From an uncultured Methanomicrobia archaeon (lineage in GTDB: Archaea; Halobacteriota; Bog-38; Methanoflorentales; Methanoflorentaceae), in NCBI GenBank assembly GCA_964557335.1, contig CAZKZX010000001.1, forward strand, positions 1 to 25,070: a stretch of 25,070 nucleotides of DNA, read 5' to 3'. Below are positions 1 through 8,868 of this stretch, in pieces; position 1 is the first letter of the stretch, and each line of letters starts with the position of its first letter. The notes beneath the pieces are model-generated. The model did no database searches and had not been told where the DNA came from. It was given only the letters and a program-made list of their open reading frames with translations. The position numbers were made by a program, and so were the translations under genes.

Positions 1-1
1 A

Positions 2-928
2 AACCACGTTGAACGAGTTGAAGACATTGCCGCTATCAAGATTCCTGAGCGGGCGAATTACATTCGGACAATCTATGCGGAGTTAGAGCGGATCCACTCT
101 CACATGCTATGGGCCGGCATAGCCGGAGAAGAGATAGGATATCATACGCTTTTTATGTACACCTGGCGGGAGCGTGAGAAGATAATGGATCTCCTTGAGC
201 TCCTCTGCGGCAATCGCGTGAATTACGGCTGTAACACTATAGGGGGGGTCAAGTGGAACATATCAGAGGGGCAGACGAGAACCGCGCTTCATACGTTGGA
301 GTACCTTGATAGAGTAGCTGAGAAAGTAACAAAGGCGGTTCTGAAAGACAGCAACATAGCCGACCGTGGCGCAGGAGTTGGGGGGTTGAGCAGGGAGGAT
401 GCGATCCGACTGGGCGCAGTTGGCCCCAATGCACGGGCGAGCGGAGTGCCGGAAGATACGCGAGTGATGTGTAAATACGCCGCGTATGGTGAGTTTGACC
501 TCGAACCGCAATTGGCTGAGGGAGGAGATGTCGTTGCTCAAGCCGTGGTGCGACTGTTAGAACTCAAGCAGTCGATATCACTGTTAAAAGAGCTTCTCAA
601 GAATTTGCCCGAGGGGCCAATAAAAACGGAGTATGACGAGATCCCTCCAGGACGGAGCGTCGGCAGGGTTGAAGCTCCTCGAGGTGAGTTGACGCACTTT
701 GTGGAGAGTAATGGGACGGACTTCTTTGAGCGAATAAAGATACGATCTCCTACGCTTGCGAATATCCCATCATACGTGCCTAAATTCATTGGCTGTGAGG
801 TGGCAGATATCCCCATCATCGCCGCATCGATAGACCCCTGCTTTAGTTGTACTGATCGGGTTACGATAGTGAAAGATGGAAAACGGAGAACCGTGATGAA
901 GGAGCAGTTGAGGGCGGGACGGGTGTAA
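2..928 (+). CDS. Group 4 energy-converting [NiFe]-hydrogenase large subunit (MbhL/EhbN-like), 5'-truncated by the window edge
   Basis: The frame is open from position 2 (NHVERVEDIAAIKIPERANYIRTIYAELERIHSH), upstream of the listed Met at 104. It has GRVEAPRGE and the C-terminal Ni-ligand motif DPCFSCTDR followed by a 22-aa extension. Confidence 0.95.
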   Translation, partial: NHVERVEDIAAIKIPERANYIRTIYAELERIHSHMLWAGIAGEEIGYHTLFMYTWREREKIMDLLELLCGNRVNYGCNTIGGVKWNISEGQTRTALHTLEYLDRVAEKVTKAVLKDSNIADRGAGVGGLSREDAIRLGAVGPNARASGVPEDTRVMCKYAAYGEFDLEPQLAEGGDVVAQAVVRLLELKQSISLLKELLKNLPEGPIKTEYDEIPPGRSVGRVEAPRGELTHFVESNGTDFFERIKIRSPTLANIPSYVPKFIGCEVADIPIIAASIDPCFSCTDRVTIVKDGKRRTVMKEQLRAGRV

Positions 929-1863
929 TGATTATTGAGGCTCTTATAGCAATAATATATGCTTTTGTATCTGCTTTGCTCCTTCAAGGAATTCGGCGGA
1001 TCGTGGTTGCCCACAGCCAATTCAGAAAAGGACCTAGTATATTCCAAAGCTTCTACGACTTTTTCAAGTTGATGGGCAAAGAAAGTCTAACGCCAAACGT
1101 TACAAGTCCGCTGTTATTTAACATCGCGCCGATACTCAGTGCGTCATCGATGATTGTTGCAGCCCTTATCGTCCCGTTAGCATCTTCACAACCAGCTGTT
1201 GGCGCAGGAGACCTTATATTCATTATTTACCTCCTTACGTTGCCCCCAATAGCGCTCGTACTAGGAGGATCGGCAAGCGGAAGTCCGTACGGTGCTATAG
1301 GTGCAGCAAGAGAGGTTGCGCTGCTGATTGCATATGAGACCCCGTTTATCATTTCATTAATAACCGTCGCGATAGTCGCTGGTACTTTTAAACTAAGCAT
1401 ACTATCGCAAACCGCGTATATTACAGTGCTTCCGCTCGCTGCAATTGCGGCTATTTGGACACTTCCTGCAGCAGCAGGTGTGTCTCCTTTTGATATTCCT
1501 GAAGCCGAAACAGAAATCGTATCCGGACCATATATCGAATATTCTGGACCTAATCTAGCTCTCCTTAAACTCGGGCAGTGGCTCAAAACTTTTCTTTATG
1601 CCTCGTTAATATCAGCCGTATTCTTTGGAACGACGGTTTATCACTACCAAGATGGCCTTAATTTCGTGATACACTTTGCGATCATAGCCATACTTGTCAC
1701 AATATTTATCGCATTCTGGCAGGCAACCACGGGAAGAACACGAGTTACAAACCTGCTTAGGTATTTCTGGTCAATTCCAACGGTACTTGCTATTGCTGAC
1801 TTGGTATTGTTTCTCGCAGGAGTAAAATATATGACTATAATAAGCGGATTAGTAGGATTGTAA
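928..1863 (+). CDS. Membrane-bound hydrogenase NuoH/HyfC-like membrane subunit (MbhM/EhbO-like)
   Basis: Multi-TM protein with R.GP...Q.FYDFFKL..KE, S.SPYG.IGA.RE and PFDIPEAETEIVSGPY.EYSG motifs. The start overlaps the upstream stop (TAATG at 926-930). Confidence 0.93.
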   Translation: MIIEALIAIIYAFVSALLLQGIRRIVVAHSQFRKGPSIFQSFYDFFKLMGKESLTPNVTSPLLFNIAPILSASSMIVAALIVPLASSQPAVGAGDLIFIIYLLTLPPIALVLGGSASGSPYGAIGAAREVALLIAYETPFIISLITVAIVAGTFKLSILSQTAYITVLPLAAIAAIWTLPAAAGVSPFDIPEAETEIVSGPYIEYSGPNLALLKLGQWLKTFLYASLISAVFFGTTVYHYQDGLNFVIHFAIIAILVTIFIAFWQATTGRTRVTNLLRYFWSIPTVLAIADLVLFLAGVKYMTIISGLVGL

Positions 1864-1865
1864 CT

Positions 1866-2354
1866 ATGGCATCTGGCTTTTTAACAGATTTAATACGGTC
1901 ATTCACGCTTGGGTTGGTGGGCAAGACATCAACCGTGACAAACGCCTCGCAAGTAGAGGTGCTTGCCAACTTTAGAGGAGTTCCGGTATTAGATCCAGAA
2001 AAATGTATACTGTGTGGGAGGTGCGGAAAAGTGTGTCCTGCCGGTGCAATCACACTCAGCACTACGCCTACAACAAAAAGCGTCCGGATTTTCGTCGGGC
2101 ATTGTATATTTTGTAGTGAGTGTTCAATGATCTGTCCGGTCGCTGCTATCACCATGACGGATACGTGGGACACTGCGGTCACCAACAGGCTCTCTATGGA
2201 CACCATGAATACGCGAGAAATAAAGCGTAAAGTCAAAGAAAAAGTGCGAAAAACGGCAACTGGCGAGACGATATCGAAAGAGTCGACGGCAGAAATTGTA
2301 AAAGAAGAGCTCGAATGTGAACAACCTTCAGGAGACGGCCTCGCCGAATCCTAA
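1866..2354 (+). CDS. NuoI-like 2x[4Fe-4S] hydrogenase subunit (MbhN-like)
   Basis: FRGVP followed by CILCGRCGKVCP and CIFCSECSMICP. It starts 2 nt after the upstream stop and has a charged C-terminal tail. Confidence 0.92.
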   Translation: MASGFLTDLIRSFTLGLVGKTSTVTNASQVEVLANFRGVPVLDPEKCILCGRCGKVCPAGAITLSTTPTTKSVRIFVGHCIFCSECSMICPVAAITMTDTWDTAVTNRLSMDTMNTREIKRKVKEKVRKTATGETISKESTAEIVKEELECEQPSGDGLAES

Positions 2355-2681
2355 ATTACTTATTTGCTTTAGAAGGTGAAGTTATCAAAGTGTCTTGAAA
2401 AGCTCCACACGTGGAGAAGAGGCTTTCTGAAGACTTTTCAAGGATGTCATCATTATACAATCAATAAGAGAATGGAAGGCTGTAGGCTCGTTCTTATTCA
2501 ACTCCTCGAGTGCTACAAAGCACGTATATTATTACTGTTCAATACATCGATGTGCTGCCTTATCACTCAAAAAAGAGCTTATCGCTATAACACTGATGTA
2601 GCTCAAGTGCGAGAATTCCAGGCAGTTTCCAAAACCAATAGTCTTAAAGACATATAGCTAATTATTGAATGGGCAACTGGT

Positions 2682-3626
2682 ATGAAAGAAGCTGAGCTGT
2701 ACGATGTTGTAATCGTTGGGGGCGGACCAGCTGGATTGACGGCAGCTGCTTATCTAGGGAGGAAAGCTCAAAATGCTCTCATAATTACTAAGAATATTGG
2801 CGGGCAAGCATTATTGAGCATAGGAATTGAAAATTATATGGGCTATCAATTCGTTGCAGGCCAAGAACTCATGAACAAGTTTGAAGAGCAGGTTCAGCAG
2901 TACAAGGTACAGACTATTTTTAATGAAGTAACTAAGGTTTACAAAGAAAGCGACCGTTTCGTAGCACTCACGGCAGACGCAGAAAGGTTCTATGGAAAGA
3001 CCATGATAATTGCGACGGGAAAGCGGTCAAGGACGCTAAATGCAAAGAGAATTGACTCATATGTCGGTCGTGGCGTGAGCTATTGTGCAACTTGTGACGG
3101 ACCTCTCTTTGCCGATCTCGATGTCGCTGTAGTAGGTGGGGGAAACTCAGCGATTACCACAGGTATCGAACTAAAGGATATCGCAAAAAAGGTCTACATG
3201 ATAAACAGAAGCCCTTGGCGCGCTGACGAAATCTATGTGGAACAATTGAAAGATATGCCTAACGTTGAAGTATTAATCGGTTACGAAATTGTTGAGGTCG
3301 TAGGAAATGACACGGTAAGTGCTGCAGTGATACAAAAAATTTCTGATAAATCACTCAAAACGATCTCATTGAAAGGAATTTTTGTAGAAATCGGGCTAAT
3401 CCCCAACTCTGATATCGTAAAGGACTTGGTGGCACTTAACCAAGATAGTGAGATAATCGTCGGGTGTGATTGTTCGACAAGCATGCCTGGAGTTTTTGGA
3501 GCGGGAGACGTTACGAGCGTACCTGAAAAGCAGATAATTGTAGCTGCAGGTGAGGGGGCAAAGGCGGCAATAAGCGCCTATAAATATTTACTTCGGGGAG
3601 GCGAACAGATAGTCGTAGGATATTAA
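2682..3626 (+). CDS. trxB: Thioredoxin-disulfide reductase (FAD-dependent, low-Mr TrxB/AhpF-C-terminal type)
   Basis: FAD motif VVIVGGGPAG, redox-active GRGVSYCATCDG, second Rossmann motif VVGGGNSA, and TS.PGVFGAGDVT. Confidence 0.93.
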   Translation: MKEAELYDVVIVGGGPAGLTAAAYLGRKAQNALIITKNIGGQALLSIGIENYMGYQFVAGQELMNKFEEQVQQYKVQTIFNEVTKVYKESDRFVALTADAERFYGKTMIIATGKRSRTLNAKRIDSYVGRGVSYCATCDGPLFADLDVAVVGGGNSAITTGIELKDIAKKVYMINRSPWRADEIYVEQLKDMPNVEVLIGYEIVEVVGNDTVSAAVIQKISDKSLKTISLKGIFVEIGLIPNSDIVKDLVALNQDSEIIVGCDCSTSMPGVFGAGDVTSVPEKQIIVAAGEGAKAAISAYKYLLRGGEQIVVGY

Positions 3627-3666
3627 CTGTCTTATGTCAGATGCCTTATAATCAAAAGGGGTAAAA

Positions 3667-4272
3667 ATGGTAGAAGTACTTACAGTTGATCTCAGAAAAT
3701 GCGCAAATTGCGGAGCTTGTGAGAAGGCGTGCGCTGAACGACACGAAAATGGCAAAGCCCGTCTTAAAATAAAAGACGTTGTCCAATCGAGAGGCCATAT
3801 GTACGGAAATTTTGTACTTGCCGTAAGTTGCAAACACTGCGTAAACCCCGTTTGCATTGGAGTGTGTGCGCCTCAAGCCATAGTGCGCGAGGAGGACCTA
3901 GTGTACATTGACGATGAAGCGTGCATCGGCTGCGGCAAATGCGCAAAAGCGTGCCCGTTTAACGCTATATTTATGCACGAAGAGATCGTGATGCCGACAG
4001 CACAGCATTCTGAGCGAAGTATTCTTTCCATGTTATTTCAAAAGGAAAAAAGTGGACAAGTGGAGCCAACGAAGTTGAAAGCGAAAAAGGTTCGAAAAGC
4101 GTACAAATGCGATAGATGCAAGGAATATGAAGATATGGCTTGTATAGAAGTCTGCTTTTACAACGCGCTTTCATTAATGGATACAGATGAACTACCGACG
4201 GCCGAGAAGCCGGAGCACAAGGCACTTTTGGAGCGACACGTCGTCGCAGAACCCAATGAACTCCAGACTTGA
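3667..4272 (+). CDS. 4x[4Fe-4S] ferredoxin-type protein (DmsB/NrfC/HydN/CooF family)
   Basis: Sixteen-Cys pattern: CANCGACEKAC, CKHCVNPVCIGVC, CIGCGKCAKACP, KCDRC...ACIEVCFYNAL. Confidence 0.9.
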   Translation: MVEVLTVDLRKCANCGACEKACAERHENGKARLKIKDVVQSRGHMYGNFVLAVSCKHCVNPVCIGVCAPQAIVREEDLVYIDDEACIGCGKCAKACPFNAIFMHEEIVMPTAQHSERSILSMLFQKEKSGQVEPTKLKAKKVRKAYKCDRCKEYEDMACIEVCFYNALSLMDTDELPTAEKPEHKALLERHVVAEPNELQT

Positions 4273-4375
4273 CGTTACGGTCGCGTGATAAAAAGCACAC
4301 CCGCTTAAAAACCGGATACCTCATTTTTGGGGTTAAGATTTATACAATTGACCTAGAATTAACATAGGGAGTTCC

Positions 4376-5806
4376 ATGGACGTTTTACTGGTAAACCCCC
4401 CGGAAGTTCAAAGCAAGTATAAAGAGTTTTTGGGTCTGACAGCCCCTCCGCTCGGCTTGGCGTATATCGCTGCAGTATTAGAAGAAAACAGTGTTAGAGT
4501 CAAAATATTGGATGCACCAGCGCTCAACATGGATTTCTATAAATACAGAAAAGCAATCTCAAAGTCAAATGTTGATGTTCTTGGAGTGCAAACAACTACC
4601 CCTACAATACGTCAAGCCCTTCAAGTTGCACGAATCACCAAGGAAGAGCATCCTGATTGCATTGTAACTCTCGGCGGTTATCACGCTACGTTTATGTCCA
4701 ATCAAATCCTCAGGCAAAATGACTTTGTTGACATAATCGTAAGAAATGAAGGGGAGTTTACAACGCTTGAGATAGCAGATGCCATAGAGAACGATAAACC
4801 GCTTAAAAACATCGATGGCATAAATTATAGGGAGGGCAATATTCTGATAGAGACCCCGCAAAGGCCCCCCATTGAGAACCTCGACTTGCTGCCATTTCCG
4901 GCAAGGCATCTCTTGCCAATGGATCAATACATGGTTTTTGGAAGAAAGCAGCAACTCGCAACGATGATTTGCAGCAGGGGGTGTCCGATGGGTTGCTCAT
5001 TTTGTGCGTCAAGTGCAATGCACGGGAGGCGTGCACGGTTCCGGTCTCCGGAAAATGCAGTAGATGAGCTAGAACACATCGTGGACGACTATGGAGTCCG
5101 CATGATAGGTTTTATGGATGACACTTTTACCCTATACCCCAACTGGGTAAACAAATTTTGTGAACTCATCGCTAAAAGAGGCGTTGACGTTAAGTGGGGA
5201 TGCACGGCACGAGTCGATAGGATGGGCGAACAGCTTCTTAAGCAAATGAAGGAAGCTGGCTGCAGAACGCTTCTTCTCGGAGTTGAGAGTGGCAATCAAG
5301 GGATCTTAAACAACGTTCAGAAAGGAGCTACGATTGACCAGGCTCGAAAGACTTTCAAACTTGCACGGGATGTTGGGATGCACACAATTGCATCCATGAC
5401 AGTGGGAATGCCGGGGGAGACTAAAGTCACAGCAGATGAAACAATGAGCTTTACGAGGAGGGTGAACCCAGACTACGCCATATTCTCGCTTGCTACTCCG
5501 TATCCGGGTACGAAGTTCTTTGATCTTGCGGAAAAGATGGGACTTATTAAGGTCAAAGATTGGACACATTTCAATTTAATTATGCCTGTTCTCGAGACGA
5601 CAGAGTTTTCCCTCGACGAGCTGCGAGATATGCAGACAAAGGCCTTCAAGGACTTTTATATGAGACCGGGGTACCTATTGAGACAATTCAAAAAGGATAG
5701 ACTATTATTTCTCCTTATCTTTTATACCATTTTTAAAGGCGCTATAAAGTCAAAGTTTAAGTCTCTATTTAGCATTACAGCTGACCCACACATCAGCGAG
5801 GCGTGA
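4376..5806 (+). CDS. Cobalamin (B12)-binding radical SAM protein (class B methyltransferase-like architecture)
   Basis: N-terminal B12 domain (VLLVNPP...PPLGLAYIAAVLE, LGGYHAT), radical SAM motif SRGCPMGCSFC, then MDDTFT, GVESG and TPYPGT. Confidence 0.93.
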   Translation: MDVLLVNPPEVQSKYKEFLGLTAPPLGLAYIAAVLEENSVRVKILDAPALNMDFYKYRKAISKSNVDVLGVQTTTPTIRQALQVARITKEEHPDCIVTLGGYHATFMSNQILRQNDFVDIIVRNEGEFTTLEIADAIENDKPLKNIDGINYREGNILIETPQRPPIENLDLLPFPARHLLPMDQYMVFGRKQQLATMICSRGCPMGCSFCASSAMHGRRARFRSPENAVDELEHIVDDYGVRMIGFMDDTFTLYPNWVNKFCELIAKRGVDVKWGCTARVDRMGEQLLKQMKEAGCRTLLLGVESGNQGILNNVQKGATIDQARKTFKLARDVGMHTIASMTVGMPGETKVTADETMSFTRRVNPDYAIFSLATPYPGTKFFDLAEKMGLIKVKDWTHFNLIMPVLETTEFSLDELRDMQTKAFKDFYMRPGYLLRQFKKDRLLFLLIFYTIFKGAIKSKFKSLFSITADPHISEA

Positions 5807-6009
5807 TATCCTTTATACTTCGTTAGACAAAGAAACTGTATTGCGGACTCTGCTAATCACGGTCCAAACTCATACGGTCGACAAGTATTATCAATTATTA
5901 TGGATATAGTAATTATTAAAGAACTATATAGAGACCTTCTCGGTGATTATGCCCTTAATGACGATCTTCAATCACCAATATATAACAAACTAACAGGTGG
6001 TTTTTAACG

Positions 6010-6654
6010 ATACTTGAAGTCGTTGTATTTGCATTTACTGCTTTTGTCGTTGGTTTTTCGGGAGCCATCGTTCCGGGACCAATGTTAACAGTTTCGATTA
6101 CTGAATCATTGAAATAAGACTATAAGGCCGGAACCAGTGTCGTGATCGGACACGTTATGGCTGAGGCGGGTATCGTCACTCATAGGTTTGGGGCTTAGCC
6201 AAATTATCGGTTTACGAGAACATTTATTCTCATTTGCATTTTAGGAGGAGGTCTACTCGTATTTATGGGATTTAGCCTTATGAAAAGTGTAAAAGGGCAC
6301 GCATCTATAGAGGTAGTGCCTGACGAAAAAGTTACTTACGGGCCGATTTATGGGGGCCTGGTAACAAGCGTTTCAAATCCCTTCTTCTTCATGTGGTGGT
6401 TCACGGTAGGAATGACATTCATGTATCAAGGCTTAAAAATTACAGGTTTAGTTGGTTTAGTTGCTTTCCTCGTTTTTCACTGTATGTCTGATCTCTCTTG
6501 GTATGGTTTTATATCCATCTGTGTCGATAGGGGGGCTTCTATCATAGGCGAAAAGACATATAAATTCATCCTCGGTGGCTGCGGCATATTTTTGATAGCG
6601 TTGGGCATAAATTTTGTATACAAAGGAATTATTAGCATATACGTCTTTAGGTAA
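6010..6654 (+). pseudogene. LysE/RhtB-family translocator pseudogene
   Basis: Hand translation from 6010 gives ILEVVVFAFTAFVVGFSGAIVPGPMLTVSITESLK*DYKAG...IGH. Lesions: ATA at the expected start after a GGTGG RBS-like motif, in-frame TAA at 6115-6117, and two compensating frameshifts (about 6178 and 6215). The 6265-6654 ORF carries the C-terminal NPFFFMWW and FHCMSDLSWY motifs. Confidence 0.85.
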
Positions 6655-7082
6655 CACAACGGACTCATTCGCCCCATACGCAGCATTAACGCGTTATTAT
6701 GCGAACATTGACCGATTAAATCAACTGATAATATTGTAACGTTTAACTCGCTTTTTGGTCTAGTAGCCCGTTTGGTTTGGCTGACATTGTAACAGAGGAA
6801 TAAAGGACTAATGGAACCCCCCATTAAAGCGATGACAAGGCCAATTTTGTCCATGTGGCGGTGACTTTATGCATATATTACTGCTTAAGCACCATCACAA
6901 TAGTATTTCTTGGGCTTACAACTATCTGAAAAGGAACCCCAATTTGGCAGCTTATCCACCCCCGACAAAAGAGAGGGATTATAATAAATCGATGAAAAAT
7001 ATCTTAACTAAAATATTATTACTCAAAAATGCCTAATATATTGATGAAATACTAAATTTTTTTGACATTTTATAGTATTTCC

Positions 7083-7099
7083 ACGAAAATTATATAAAT
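7083..7099 (+). promoter_or_regulatory. Archaeal BRE-TATA promoter of the Lrp/AsnC gene
   Basis: ACGAAAA followed by TTATATAAAT (7090-7099), about 27 nt upstream of the ATG at 7126. No RBS is seen, which fits a leaderless or short-leader transcript. Confidence 0.65.
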
Positions 7100-7125
7100 A
7101 TTTAGTAATATATCAATATTTACAT

Positions 7126-7593
7126 ATGACTGAAGGCATTGAATCTGAATTAGATGAAATCGATTTAGCGATACTCCGCTCCTTACAAAACAATGCAAGG
7201 ATTACGATATCGAAGATGTCAGATGATATTGATGTGCCTGATGCAACTATCTCGCATCGGCTTAAAAAGTTGGAAGAGAGCGTGATCAAGCACTACACCG
7301 TCGCATTGGACTACCATAAGCTTGGCCTCGCAATGATGGCAATCATTATCATCCAAACAGAAACCGAAAAGCACGGAGCGGTGAAAATGGAGCTCTCGAA
7401 GCTTGATGAAGTATCAGAGGTGTACAGCGTCTCTGGTGAATACGACCTTCTGATAAAGCTGTGGGCCCACAATATCGAAGAGCTTAATCAGATCATCAAC
7501 AGTAAGATACGCTCAATTGACGGAGTTGAAGACTTAACTGAGATGATTATTATGGAGCGTGTTAAGGAGGAGATGACCCCAGTACTGCTATAA
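7126..7593 (+). CDS. Lrp/AsnC family transcriptional regulator
   Basis: N-terminal HTH ([21 protein letters not shown]...[12 protein letters not shown]) and RAM domain ([14 protein letters not shown]). Confidence 0.93.
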   Translation: MTEGIESELDEIDLAILRSLQNNARITISKMSDDIDVPDATISHRLKKLEESVIKHYTVALDYHKLGLAMMAIIIIQTETEKHGAVKMELSKLDEVSEVYSVSGEYDLLIKLWAHNIEELNQIINSKIRSIDGVEDLTEMIIMERVKEEMTPVLL

Positions 7594-8849
7594 TGGAGGA
7601 GTTTAACGTGCCCTTTCTAAGCGAATTTGTGAAGCGGCCTGTGGTTGATATCACGGGGAAAAGAGTTGGAAAGCTTACAGATGTCATTGTGTCAGCAGAC
7701 AAACCCTATCCAAAGGTAAAGGCTTTACGAATTCATACACTAGATAAAAATGATGTGAACGTGCCGTGGGGGCAGGTGCAAGACTTAGGAAGGCCGATAA
7801 AACTCAATGTGGAACTACACGAAGTGCGCGCATACTCGCAGCAAGAGCACGAAGTGCAACTCGTCAGTGACGTCCTAGATAGACAGGTGGTAGACGTCGA
7901 GGGAAAAAAGTTGCGAAGAGTAAATGATTTGCAGCTTTCGCGTATTAATGGCTACTACCGTCTTATCGGGGTTGACATTGGCGTCACTGGAGTACTCAGA
8001 AGACTCGGATTGGAGAGAGTTGCTGAGAGCGTAAAGATCCGGCCACAAGAAAATTACATTGCGTGGAATGATATCGACACCATACATAGTGGCCCATTAA
8101 GTGTGAAGCTAAGAGTTCCGAAATACAACCTCACAAAACTTCACCCAGCTGACATCGCAGAAATTGTGGATCAACTTACCGTCAACGAGAGTGTTGCTCT
8201 GCTCAGCGCACTTGACGAAGAATCGGCGGCCGATGCTCTTGAAGAGACGTCTCAAGAGAGGCAGCTTTCGGTGATTGAAAGGATTGACGCAGAGCGTGCT
8301 GCAGACATTTTAGATGAGATGTCGCCGGATGACGCAGCAGACTTGCTTGGAGACCTTCCGGCTGATAAAGCCAGAGAGATTCTCGAATTAATGGAGCCGG
8401 AAGAATCGGAAGATGTAATAGAGCTGCTTGGATATCCTGAAGATACTGCTGGCGGAATAATGACGACAGAGTTTGTGGCTGTTAATGAAAAGTGCACAGC
8501 GCAGCAGGCGATAGATGAAGTCAGAAAAGTTGCAAAGGAGGTTGAAACAATTTATTACATTTATGTTACGTCCGACGGTGACAACCTCGCGGGGGTGACC
8601 TCACTTCGGGAGATCCTACTCGCGCCCCCTGAAAAAAAGCTCTCGGAGTTTATGCACAAGAACATCATCAAGGCCGACGTTTTGGAAGATCAGCGTGAAG
8701 TAGCACAAAAAATCGCGAAATATAACTTACTTGCGCTCCCCGTTGTGGAAGAGAATAAAAAGATAAAAGGTATCATTACGGTAGATGATGCAATAGATAT
8801 CGTATTGCCAACTGCCTGGAAAAAGAAGGTTCCCAAGATGTTTGGCTGA
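7593..8849 (+). CDS. Soluble PRC-barrel + MgtE N-terminal + CBS-pair protein (MgtE cytoplasmic region without the TM domain)
   Basis: Two PRC-barrel-like segments (VVDITGKRVGKLTDV, VVDVEGKKLRRVNDL), LHPADIAEI, M.PDDAADLL, YPEDTAGGIMTTEFV and the CBS motifs GIITVDDAID. No hydrophobic helices. The start overlaps the Lrp stop (TAATG). Confidence 0.9.
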   Translation: MEEFNVPFLSEFVKRPVVDITGKRVGKLTDVIVSADKPYPKVKALRIHTLDKNDVNVPWGQVQDLGRPIKLNVELHEVRAYSQQEHEVQLVSDVLDRQVVDVEGKKLRRVNDLQLSRINGYYRLIGVDIGVTGVLRRLGLERVAESVKIRPQENYIAWNDIDTIHSGPLSVKLRVPKYNLTKLHPADIAEIVDQLTVNESVALLSALDEESAADALEETSQERQLSVIERIDAERAADILDEMSPDDAADLLGDLPADKAREILELMEPEESEDVIELLGYPEDTAGGIMTTEFVAVNEKCTAQQAIDEVRKVAKEVETIYYIYVTSDGDNLAGVTSLREILLAPPEKKLSEFMHKNIIKADVLEDQREVAQKIAKYNLLALPVVEENKKIKGIITVDDAIDIVLPTAWKKKVPKMFG

Positions 8850-8868
8850 AAAGTAGGGGGGCCAGATC

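Noticed and set aside
2376-2657. 93-aa plus-strand ORF between the hydrogenase operon and trxB
   Set aside because: No recognisable motif, atypical composition, and it overlaps a hairpin element; probably spurious.
6115-6117. In-frame stop in the LysE gene as possible Sec/Pyl recoding
   Set aside because: The codon is TAA, not TGA or TAG, and the gene also has frameshifts.
6477-6854. 125-aa minus-strand ORF starting MDKIGLVIALMGG
   Set aside because: Half of it is antisense to the LysE remnant, and I could not sustain a family match beyond a short hydrophobic start.
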